This document shows positions 25,008-32,000 of a stretch of DNA of 32,000 nucleotides, one piece after another. The DNA comes from Haloferax volcanii DS2 (GTDB lineage: Archaea; Halobacteriota; Halobacteria; Halobacteriales; Haloferacaceae): the NCBI RefSeq assembly GCF_000025685.1, contig NC_013967.1, positions 2,220,001 to 2,252,000 on the forward strand, given 5' to 3'. Made by a program: the position numbers and the translations under genes. The notes beneath the pieces were generated by a model. The model did not search any database and had not been told where the DNA came from. It worked only from the letters and a program-made list of their open reading frames with translations. The stretch's first letter is position 1. Each line of letters begins with the position of its first letter.

Positions 25008-27239
25008 TTACTGGAAGCCGATGCGGCCGCCGTCGCGGGTGTCGGGCGACAGGCCCTCGCGGGAGCCGCCTTTGAACTGGTCTTGGATGTCCTCGTAGTA
25101 GCGCATCAGTTCCTCGGTGATGGTCGGGCGGACCGACTCCATCGCCTTGCGGAAGTGGCGCATCTCTATCTCTTCGGCGTCGGAGTCCTCGCGGAGCGCC
25201 TCGATGGCCGCCTCGCGGCAGATGGATTCGAGGTCGGAGCCCACGTAGCCGTCGGTTATCTCCGCGATTTCGCGGAGGCTCACGTCCGGCGCGAGCGGAC
25301 TCTGCTGCGTGTGGATGTCGAGAATCTGCTCGCGGCCCTCCTCTTCGGGCTGGCCGATGAGCACGAGGCGGTCGAACCGGCCCGAGCGGATGAGCGCGGG
25401 GTCGATCATGTCCGGGCGGTTGGTCGCCGCGATGACCATGACGTTGCCCGCGTCTTCGAGGCCGTCTAACTCCGTCAGGAGCTGGTTGACGACGCGCTCG
25501 GAGACGTTGTTGCCCATGTCGTTGCCGCGGGCCGGGGCGAGCGCGTCGAGCTCGTCGAAGAAGATGATGGTCGGGGAGACCTGCCGCGCCTTGCGGAACG
25601 TCTGCCGAATCGCCTTCTCCGACTCACCGACCCACTTCGACAGCAGCTGCGGGCCGCGCACCGAGATGAAGTTCGCGTTCGTCTCGTTGGCGACGGCCTT
25701 CGCTATCAGGGTCTTGCCCGTGCCGGGCGGCCCGTAGAGGAGCACGCCTTTCGGAGCCTCGATACCCATCCGCTGGAACTTCTCGGGGGTCGTCAGCGGC
25801 CACTCGACGCTCTCTTGGACCTTCTGTTTGGGCCCTTCGAGCCCGCCCACGTCGTTCCACGTCACCTTCGGAATCTCGACGAGCACCTCGCGCATCGCCG
25901 AGGGTTCGACCTCGCCGAGCGCGCCGCCGAAGTCGTCGTTCTTGACGACCATGCGGTCGATGAGACTCGGGGGGATGTCCTCCCTGTCGAGGTCGATTTC
26001 GGGGAGGTAGCGCCGCAGCGCCTTCATCGCGGCCTCCTTGGTCAGCGCCTCGATGTCCGCGCCGACGAAGCCGTGGGTGTCGTCGGCGAGGTCGTCGAGG
26101 TCCACGTCGTCCGAAAGCGGCATCCCGCGGGTGTGAATCTGGAGGATTTCCTTGCGACCCTCCTCGTCCGGAACGCCGATTTCGATTTCGCGGTCGAAGC
26201 GACCGGGGCGTCGGAGCGCGGGGTCGACCGAGTCGACGCGGTTCGTCGCCGCGATGACGATGACCTGTCCGCGGGCTTCGAGCCCGTCCATCATCGTCAG
26301 CAGCTGGGCGACGACCCGGCGTTCGACCTCGCCGGTCACGTCCTCGCGCTTGGGCGCGATGGAATCGAGCTCGTCGATGAAGATGATGCTCGGCGACTCC
26401 TCTTTGGCGTCCTCGAATATCTCGCGGAGCTGCTGTTCTGACTCGCCGTAGTACTTCGAGATGATCTCCGGCCCCGCGATAGAGAAGAAACTCGCCGAAG
26501 TCTCGTTGGCGACCGCGCGGGCGAGAAGCGTCTTCCCGGTGCCCGGCGGGCCGTGGAGCAACACCCCCTGCGGGGGCTCGATGCCCAGTTTCTTGAATAT
26601 CTGGGGGTGCTTCATCGGCAGTTCGACCATCTCGCGGACGCGCTGAATCTCGTTGGTCAGCCCGCCGATGTCTTCGTAGGTGATGCCGCCGCCGGCCTTC
26701 TCGAAGCCGGAGATGGGCTCCTCGCGGAGTTCGACATCAGTGTCCTCGGTGACGAGGACGACGCCCTCGGGTTTCGTCTCGACGGCGATGAGCGGAATCG
26801 CCTGTCCGGGCGACCGCATAAACGGATGGTTCGTACTCGACATCACCGGGACGATGTCACGTTCGACCACGGGTCGCTTGAGAATCTGCCGTTTGACCAT
26901 GCCGGCCGCGTCGGACCCGAACTGCACGCTCGCCTCCTCCGGCGGCGCGAGCACGAGTTTGTCGGCCTTCGTAGCCTCTGCTTTGCGGATAGTGACCCGT
27001 TCACCGATGCCCACGTCGGCGTTCTGCCGCGTGAACCCGTCGATGCGGACCGTATCCGTGTTCCAGTCCTGCCGGTCTGCCCGCCACACCTTCGCGGCGG
27101 TCGTTTTTCCTCCCTCGATCTCGATGATGTCTCCCGGCGAGAGCTTGAGATGGAGCAAGGTGTCCGGATCAAGACGGGCGATACCGCGCCCCGAGTCGTT
27201 CGGGTACGCTTTCGCCACTTCGAGTTGGACTTCGTTCAT
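25008..27239 (-). CDS. cdc48: Cdc48/VCP-type AAA+ ATPase (N domain plus D1 and D2), 743 aa
   Basis: Track ORF 25008..27434 trimmed to [25 protein letters not shown] (ATG on - strand at 27237-27239). Two AAA modules, each with GPPGTGKT and DELD Walker motifs. Cdc48 N-domain signature at the N-terminus. Confidence 0.95.
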   Translation of the reverse strand: MNEVQLEVAKAYPNDSGRGIARLDPDTLLHLKLSPGDIIEIEGGKTTAAKVWRADRQDWNTDTVRIDGFTRQNADVGIGERVTIRKAEATKADKLVLAPPEEASVQFGSDAAGMVKRQILKRPVVERDIVPVMSSTNHPFMRSPGQAIPLIAVETKPEGVVLVTEDTDVELREEPISGFEKAGGGITYEDIGGLTNEIQRVREMVELPMKHPQIFKKLGIEPPQGVLLHGPPGTGKTLLARAVANETSASFFSIAGPEIISKYYGESEQQLREIFEDAKEESPSIIFIDELDSIAPKREDVTGEVERRVVAQLLTMMDGLEARGQVIVIAATNRVDSVDPALRRPGRFDREIEIGVPDEEGRKEILQIHTRGMPLSDDVDLDDLADDTHGFVGADIEALTKEAAMKALRRYLPEIDLDREDIPPSLIDRMVVKNDDFGGALGEVEPSAMREVLVEIPKVTWNDVGGLEGPKQKVQESVEWPLTTPEKFQRMGIEAPKGVLLYGPPGTGKTLIAKAVANETNANFISVRGPQLLSKWVGESEKAIRQTFRKARQVSPTIIFFDELDALAPARGNDMGNNVSERVVNQLLTELDGLEDAGNVMVIAATNRPDMIDPALIRSGRFDRLVLIGQPEEEGREQILDIHTQQSPLAPDVSLREIAEITDGYVGSDLESICREAAIEALREDSDAEEIEMRHFRKAMESVRPTITEELMRYYEDIQDQFKGGSREGLSPDTRDGGRIGFQ

Positions 27240-27432
27240 GATTACCTCGCGGGGATGCTGATACCTGTGAGAGGCCATCGGATAAGTCCTTCCCCGGTCG
27301 CCCCGAGGCAGCGTCCTCTCGTGGTTACAGCCTAGCACACCGTAGGGCGGGCGGCTACTAATCCCTGCCGACTGGACAGGGAACGGCGCGTCGATGGCTG
27401 GCGTTTTTACGCTCGAACACCACGGTTTACGC
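27240..27432. promoter_or_regulatory. Divergent promoter region (cdc48 / larC)
   Basis: tttttac at 27404-27410 is about 26 bp upstream of the larC ATG 27433. cttatccgat (- strand near 27281-27290) is about 45 bp upstream of the cdc48 ATG, implying a short leader. Inverted repeat tccctg/caggga at 27361-27381. Confidence 0.4.
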
Positions 27433-28914
27433 ATGCGACTCCTCGCGTTCGACGGCCGGATGGGTGCCAGCGGCGATATGCTCCTCGGCGCGCTCGTCGC
27501 CGCCGGCGCTGACCCGTCGGTCCTCTCGCCCGTCGAAGACGCCCTCGACGTGACCTACCGCGTCCACGAGGTCGACAAAAACGGTATCCTCGCGACCAAG
27601 GTGGACGTGCTCCTCGCGGAGGCCGACGGGGGCGACCCCCGCGGCGAGGGTCACGGCGACGACCACCGACGCCTGCGCGCCGACGGCGACGACGGAGCAG
27701 ACTCCGACGACGGTGGCGACCGCGACGACGCCGAACACAGCCATCAGCACCAGTACCACCACCACGACCACGCTCACGACGAGGAGCAGACTCACCACGA
27801 CGGCGACGACAGCCACGGATATTCGCAGGGCCACGACCACAGTCACCCGCATTCTCACGACGACCACAAACACCACCACTCCCACGACGACCACACCCAC
27901 GCCGAGGGTCACGGCCCGCACCGGACCTACCCCGAGGTCGTCGACCTCGTCGAATCGATGAATCTCCCGCCGGGCGTCGTCGCGGACGCGACGGCCATCT
28001 TCCGCGTGCTCGGCGAGGCCGAGGCCGAGGTCCACGGCACGGACCTCGACGAGACCCATTTCCACGAGGTCGGCGCGGACGACGCCGTCGCCGACGTGGT
28101 CGGGGTCTGTCTCCTCCTCGACGACCTCGGCGTCGACCGCGTCGTCACCGGCCCGGTCGCCGTCGGCGGCGGCGAGACCGAGATGAGCCACGGAACCTAC
28201 CCGGTCCCCGCGCCCGCCGTGGTCAACATCACCGCGGCGGCCGACTGGTCGGTCCGCGGCGGCCCCGTCGAGGCCGAACTGCTCACCCCCACGGGCGCGG
28301 CCATCCTCGCGCACCTCGCCGAGGGCGTCGAGACGCTCCCGTCGATGTCGGTCGAGTCGTCGGGCTACGGGGCCGGCGGCTGGGAGTTCCCCGACCACCC
28401 GAACGTCCTCCGCGCGGTCGTCGGCGACGGCGGCTCGCGGCTCGTCCGCGACGAGATTACCGTCCTCGAAACGAACCTCGACGACGCGCCACCCGAAGTC
28501 CTCGGCGGCCTCCAAGCGACCCTGAAAGACGCCGGCGCGCGCGACGTGACCATCGTCCCGACGACGATGAAGAAGTCCCGCCCCGGCCACCTCGTCAAGG
28601 TCGTGGTCAAGCCGGAAGACGCCGAGCGCGTCGCGTACCGCCTCGCGGTCGAGACCGGCACGCTCGGCATCCGCGAGCACGGCGCGGGCCACCGCTGGAC
28701 CGCCCGCCGCGAGTTCGAGACGGCGACGCTCGACATCGACGGCGACGACTACGAGGTGAGCGTGAAGGTCGCCAGCGACGCCGACGGCGTCGTCTACGAC
28801 CGAAGCGCCGAGTACGACGACGCGCTCACGGTGGCGAACGAGACCGGGGTTCCGGTCCGTGAAATCATGCGCCGCGCCGTCGACGCGGTGGCGTCAGAAG
28901 CCGGTGGAACGTAG
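27433..28914 (+). CDS. larC: LarC-family nickel insertion protein (nickel-pincer cofactor biosynthesis, DUF111), 493 aa, with expanded His/Asp-rich insertion
   Basis: N-terminus [21 protein letters not shown], then [13 protein letters not shown] and LTPTGAAIL segments typical of LarC/DUF111. C-terminal LarC2-like domain ([12 protein letters not shown]...MKKSRPG). Track ORF start 27394 trimmed to ATG 27433. Confidence 0.85.
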   Translation: MRLLAFDGRMGASGDMLLGALVAAGADPSVLSPVEDALDVTYRVHEVDKNGILATKVDVLLAEADGGDPRGEGHGDDHRRLRADGDDGADSDDGGDRDDAEHSHQHQYHHHDHAHDEEQTHHDGDDSHGYSQGHDHSHPHSHDDHKHHHSHDDHTHAEGHGPHRTYPEVVDLVESMNLPPGVVADATAIFRVLGEAEAEVHGTDLDETHFHEVGADDAVADVVGVCLLLDDLGVDRVVTGPVAVGGGETEMSHGTYPVPAPAVVNITAAADWSVRGGPVEAELLTPTGAAILAHLAEGVETLPSMSVESSGYGAGGWEFPDHPNVLRAVVGDGGSRLVRDEITVLETNLDDAPPEVLGGLQATLKDAGARDVTIVPTTMKKSRPGHLVKVVVKPEDAERVAYRLAVETGTLGIREHGAGHRWTARREFETATLDIDGDDYEVSVKVASDADGVVYDRSAEYDDALTVANETGVPVREIMRRAVDAVASEAGGT

Positions 28915-28919
28915 CTATG

Positions 28920-28973
28920 AACCCGACGCGGCGCGTCTCATAAACCGAGAGTCGGGTTAACAGCGTTCTTTTT
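28920..28973 (+). terminator. Imperfect hairpin plus T5 run downstream of larC
   Basis: aacccgac (28920-28927) pairs with gtcgggtt (28951-28958), with an inner tctc/gaga pairing. T5 at 28969-28973. Confidence 0.4.
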
Positions 28974-29065
28974 CCGCCGACCACTCGAACTCTCAGGGGA
29001 CTCCTCGGTCTCGTAGCGGACCGTTAGGCAGCCGTTAACGGCGTCGAAACCGCCGCCGCGGACGC

Positions 29066-29812
29066 TCATTCCTCGCGCGAGCGGTGTTCGTCCAGCGCCT
29101 CGTCGATGCTCAGTTCGCCGCCGGCGACGCGCCGCGCGAGGTCCTCGTCGATGGTGCGGTTGTCTTCGGATGCCTCCCGGGAGCGCGCCTTGATGCGCGT
29201 CAGTTCGCCCTCGGTCGGCTCTATCTCGCGGGATTCGATGCGCTCGCCGTCCCGGCGGGCGATGTTCACCGCGGCGAGCACGTCGCCCATGCCGCGCGCG
29301 CCGCTGCCGAGGTACGGCGTCGTCCCGGTCTCGTCGACGAGTTCGACCGCGACGCCGTCGAGTTCGTTGATGAGCTTCGCGCCCTGTAAGCGCGCGCCGT
29401 CGCCGATGCGAACCACGGGGTCGACCGCGTCGTCGGTCTCCTCTCGGATGACCTCGACGGCGTCCGCAAGCGGGACGTGGAACGCGGCGACGACCGTCTC
29501 GCCCGAGAGGACCGCGATGCCCGGTCTCGTTCCGGGGTCGACGCCGACGACGGTCTGTCCGCCGTCGCCGCGGAGGCTCGCGAGCGCCTCGTCGACGGCC
29601 CGGCGCACGTCGTCGCCCGTGGCGGTCACGCGGGTCACGTTCCCGTCGGAGCCCGTGCCGTCGAGGTCGTCGTCCGGGCCGGTGAGGAGGACGCGCGCCC
29701 GCTCGGGAAGCGAGTCGCCCGGCTCGACGGTCGTAAACGTGACACCTCGGCTCCGGAGTTCGGACACGGCCTCGTGGTAGAGGTCGAAGTCCGCGGTGGC
29801 GACGACTATCAC
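29066..29812 (-). CDS. Hypothetical protein with central RNase-H-fold RuvX/YqgF-like putative nuclease domain, 248 aa (GTG start)
   Basis: Track ORF 29066..29971 trimmed to VIVVATADFDLY (GTG on - strand at 29810-29812). The upstream 53 codons are extremely basic. tttatt (- strand of 29837-29842) is about 28 bp upstream. Motifs TVVGVDPGTRPGIAVL, VELVDETGTTPY and GMGDVLAAVNIARR resemble the three conserved acidic-residue motifs of RuvX/YqgF (also RuvC-like). Confidence 0.6.
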   Translation of the reverse strand: MIVVATADFDLYHEAVSELRSRGVTFTTVEPGDSLPERARVLLTGPDDDLDGTGSDGNVTRVTATGDDVRRAVDEALASLRGDGGQTVVGVDPGTRPGIAVLSGETVVAAFHVPLADAVEVIREETDDAVDPVVRIGDGARLQGAKLINELDGVAVELVDETGTTPYLGSGARGMGDVLAAVNIARRDGERIESREIEPTEGELTRIKARSREASEDNRTIDEDLARRVAGGELSIDEALDEHRSREE

Positions 29813-29983
29813 GGGGGCCTCTTGGCGACGGCGACGAATAAAGCGTTGTGCGCGAGGCGCTCGCGGCGGTCGGGAGCCGGCGTCGACTCGGTGACTACGC
29901 GATGCCGGAACGCGCCGGCGGCGGCCCGGCGACGACCGGGGTGGACCGGGGTCTTTTTCGGCCGGTGGCACTCACCTCCTGAC
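29813..29983. promoter_or_regulatory. Divergent promoter region (RuvX-like gene / radB)
   Basis: aataaa 29837-29842 serves the - strand gene. tcttttt 29952-29958 is about 29 bp upstream of the radB GTG at 29984. Confidence 0.4.
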
Positions 29984-30673
29984 GTGACAGAGTCAGTCTC
30001 CACCGGCTGTGACGCGCTCGACGACCTCCTCGACGGCGGGTTCGAACGCGGCACCGTCACGCAGGTGTACGGTCCCTCCGCGGCCGGCAAGACGAACGTC
30101 GCGCTCTCGGCGGCGGTCCGGGTCGCCGCCGCGGGCGGCACCGTCGTCTACATCGACACCGAGGGCCTGTCGGTCGACCGCTTCCAACAGCTCGCGGAGG
30201 CGGTCGCCCCCGAGGACGTGGAGTCTGTGACCTCGCGGCTGATGATAAGCGAGGCGTACGACTTCGAGGACCAAGAGCAGGCCGTCCGCGACGCCGAGGA
30301 GTTCGCCGCCAGCGCCGACCTCATCGTCCTCGACTCCGCGACCGGGTTCTACCGGCTCGAACGGACCGCCGAGGGCGACGGCGGCGAGGCGCTGCGCCGG
30401 GTGGCCCGGCAGGTCACCCACCTGCTGTCGCTCGCGCGCAAACACGACCTCGCGGTCGTCCTGACGAACCAGGTGTACGCCGACCCCGACTCCGACCGGA
30501 CGCGCGCGCTCGGCGGCCACACCCTCGAACACTGGACGGGGACCGTCGTCCGCCTCGACCGCTTCCGCGGCGGCAACCGCCGGGCGACGCTGGAGAAACA
30601 CCGCGCGAAACCCGCCGGAGAGACGGCGACGTTCAAGATAACCGACCGCGGGCTCTCCGCGACTGACGTGTAG
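29984..30673 (+). CDS. radB: DNA repair and recombination protein RadB, 229 aa (GTG start)
   Basis: VTESVSTGCDALDDLLDGGFERGTVTQVYGPSAAGKTNVAL (Walker A), Walker B LIVLDSATG, short RecA-core-only length typical of RadB. The track ORF from ATG 29477 would add 169 Arg-rich residues antisense to the neighbouring gene. No in-frame ATG lies upstream of the Walker A motif other than 29477. Confidence 0.88.
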   Translation: MTESVSTGCDALDDLLDGGFERGTVTQVYGPSAAGKTNVALSAAVRVAAAGGTVVYIDTEGLSVDRFQQLAEAVAPEDVESVTSRLMISEAYDFEDQEQAVRDAEEFAASADLIVLDSATGFYRLERTAEGDGGEALRRVARQVTHLLSLARKHDLAVVLTNQVYADPDSDRTRALGGHTLEHWTGTVVRLDRFRGGNRRATLEKHRAKPAGETATFKITDRGLSATDV

Positions 30674-30688
30674 AAAAGGGGTCGACGC

Positions 30689-30709
30689 GGCCGGGGAGAC
30701 GACCCGGCC
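30689..30709 (+). terminator. 7-bp-stem hairpin just after radB stop
   Basis: ggccggg (30689-30695), 7-nt loop, cccggcc (30703-30709). Begins 16 nt after the stop. Confidence 0.35.
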
Positions 30710-30733
30710 GAATCCCGCTCCTGTCTCCGATTT

Positions 30734-30757
30734 CCGTTCCCGTTCTCGTTCCCGTTC
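30734..30757. repeat. Hexamer tandem repeat (YCGTTC) x4 in convergent intergenic spacer
   Basis: ccgttc 30734-30739, ccgttc 30740-30745, tcgttc 30746-30751, ccgttc 30752-30757. Confidence 0.8.
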
Positions 30758-30786
30758 GGGCCGGTGAGTGCCGGCGAGGCTACGGC

Positions 30787-31929
30787 TTACAGCTCGTTGA
30801 GCTTGCGGAGCAGCTGGCCGCGGTAGCGCTCGTCGGCCTCGAAGCCCTTGACTTCGAGCACGTTGCGTTCGAGCTTGTCGAGCGCGACGTGGAACGCGTG
30901 TTCTGCGCCGTAACCCTCGCCGCTGCCCGCCAGTTGCCCGTGGCTCGTGCGGAGCCGAATCTGGCACTGGATGAGCGGCGTGCCGCGGAGCTTCTCTTTG
31001 TGCTCGTGGAAGCGGACGTGGGCGTGGAGCACGCTCATCCGCTGGTACTTGTCCGCGACCTCGGTGATAGCCGAGTTGATGTCGGCGCGGCTCAGCGTTT
31101 CGATGAGGCCGATGTTCGTGACCTGCACGTCCATCTGCTCTTCTTCGGTGTAGGTGAGCGCGCGGAGCACGTCGGTCTTCGTCACGACGCCGAGCACCTC
31201 GCCGTCGTCGTCGGCGGGCGTGACGACCAGCCCGGCGATGTCGTGTTCCAGCATGCGCGCGACCGCGTCGCGGACGCTCTCGTCGGGCGTCGCCGTGCGC
31301 GCCGGGCTGGTCATCAGGTCGTAGACCGGGAGGTCGAGCATCCGGTCGGTGTCGCCGCGGCGGTCCTGTTTGCCCTGCCGACCCTCGTCGCGCACCATGA
31401 ACTCGACGAGGTCGTAGGTGGTCAGGATACCTTCGAGGCGGCCCTCGTCGTTGACGACCGGCAGCCGCGAGACGCCGTGTTCGCGGAGGCGGTTGATGGC
31501 CTGCCCGAGGTGGTCGCGCTCGCCGACGGTGACCACGTCGTCGGTGTAAATCTGCTCGACGGTCAGCGCGTCGAGGTTGTCGAGCACGGCTTCGAGGATG
31601 GCGTCCTGCGTGATGATGCCGTACTGTTTTTCGCCCTCGTAGACCGGCGCGACCTTCGTGTCGCCCTCGACGAGCATGCGCGCGACCTCGCGCACGTTCT
31701 CGTGACGGTCTATCTTGGGGACGGCCTTCGTCAGCGCGGCCGCTTTGGTGTTGTCTTCGACGTGCGAGTTGATGAGCTGCTTCTCACCGATGACGCCCGC
31801 GTACTCGCCGTCGTCCTGAACGATGATGCCCTTAGGGTTTTCCCGCTCGAAGATGGAGCGGACTTTGCCTAATCGCTCGTTAACGTCGACCTCGATGAAA
31901 TCAGGAGTGGCGATATCAGCAATATCCAT
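30787..31929 (-). CDS. Four-CBS-domain (two Bateman modules) protein with C-terminal HPF/RaiA-like domain, 380 aa
   Basis: ATG on - strand at 31927-31929. Four CBS-like repeats span residues 1 to about 260 (for example GIITQDAILEAV, GILTTYDLVEFM, GVVTKTDVLRAL). The pattern of residues 266-371 resembles the HPF/YfiA beta-alpha-beta-beta-beta-alpha domain (see findings). Confidence 0.85.
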   Translation of the reverse strand: MDIADIATPDFIEVDVNERLGKVRSIFERENPKGIIVQDDGEYAGVIGEKQLINSHVEDNTKAAALTKAVPKIDRHENVREVARMLVEGDTKVAPVYEGEKQYGIITQDAILEAVLDNLDALTVEQIYTDDVVTVGERDHLGQAINRLREHGVSRLPVVNDEGRLEGILTTYDLVEFMVRDEGRQGKQDRRGDTDRMLDLPVYDLMTSPARTATPDESVRDAVARMLEHDIAGLVVTPADDDGEVLGVVTKTDVLRALTYTEEEQMDVQVTNIGLIETLSRADINSAITEVADKYQRMSVLHAHVRFHEHKEKLRGTPLIQCQIRLRTSHGQLAGSGEGYGAEHAFHVALDKLERNVLEVKGFEADERYRGQLLRKLNEL

Positions 31930-32000
31930 AATACATCCTTACATACAACGCCGCTTCTCTTGAAGGTTCGTCCCGTTTCCACCCGCGAGGAAGGACCGAA

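Noticed and set aside
25008-25070. C-terminus of Cdc48 (…GGRIGFQ) as a proteasome-docking HbYX motif
   Set aside because: The penultimate residue is Phe preceded by Gly, which does not fit the hydrophobic-Tyr-X pattern. It is too weak to claim from sequence alone.
27713-27961. Thr-rich 82-aa ORF and other small ORFs overlapping the larC His-rich region
   Set aside because: These are alternate-frame readings of the CAC/GAC-rich repeat DNA that encodes the His/Asp stretch of LarC, so they are a frame artefact.
29031-29042. Perfect 12-bp palindrome gccgttaacggc (preceded by ccgtta) just downstream of the RuvX-like gene stop
   Set aside because: It is a short isolated palindrome in a convergent spacer, and such sequences occur readily in GC-rich DNA. 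It has no partner site or repeat context, and at most it is part of a terminator.
1-32000. tRNA, rRNA or other structured RNA genes in intergenic spacers (1679-1842, 2095-2251, 7224-7375, 10376-10489, 11162-11323, 16911-16984, 17432-17560, 17939-18107, 24047-24235, 28915-29065, 30674-30786)
   Set aside because: Reading these spacers, I found no cloverleaf-compatible stems or conserved tRNA boxes (GTTCGAATC-like T-loop). None is long enough for rRNA. Small ncRNAs cannot be excluded without covariance-model searches (tRNAscan-SE, Infernal) or RNA-seq.

Overview
High-GC, gene-dense window whose proteins are strongly acidic. This is typical of a haloarchaeal (class Halobacteria) main chromosome, and the gene order and protein sequences look Haloferax-like; that is inference from memory, not a search. 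I support 29 protein-coding genes. Left to right: an Eis-like GNAT acetyltransferase, two small membrane proteins, an acidic Cys/His-motif protein, an S66 LD-carboxypeptidase-like peptidase, carB, an NAD(P)-binding SDR-like protein, NAD kinase, a single-domain KaiC/RecA-like ATPase with a long acidic tail, a nitroreductase, a UspA protein, a HerA-like ATPase and a NurA-like nuclease separated by a small opposite-strand gene, a HAD hydrolase, two conserved hypotheticals, rps8e, an AbrB-PhoU regulator divergent from pstS-pstC-pstA-pstB-phoU, a Cdc48 AAA+ ATPase, larC, a small RNase-H-fold (RuvX/YqgF-like) protein divergent from radB, and a four-CBS protein. I saw no rRNA, tRNA, CRISPR array, transposase, integrase or clear defence island, so this reads as core chromosome rather than an accessory region. 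Many track ORFs needed trimming to internal starts, because their Arg/Pro-rich 5' extensions are unlike the acidic gene bodies. Most start codons have a TATA-like AT-rich element about 26-30 bp upstream, which fits leaderless transcripts. The candidates most worth follow-up are domain-architecture and neighbourhood hypotheses, not a clearly new multigene system: (1) the four-CBS protein carries a C-terminal domain that by eye matches the HPF/RaiA ribosome-hibernation fold; (2) a RuvX/YqgF-like putative nuclease sits head-to-head with radB, and both appear to use GTG starts; (3) a HerA-NurA pair is not linked to mre11-rad50 and is split by a small divergent gene; (4) the only AT-rich island in the window is the pst control region, which has two TATA-like elements and helically phased TACTGG repeats; (5) larC carries an expanded His/Asp-rich insertion. 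All functional calls rest on motif recognition by eye and need profile or structure searches to confirm.
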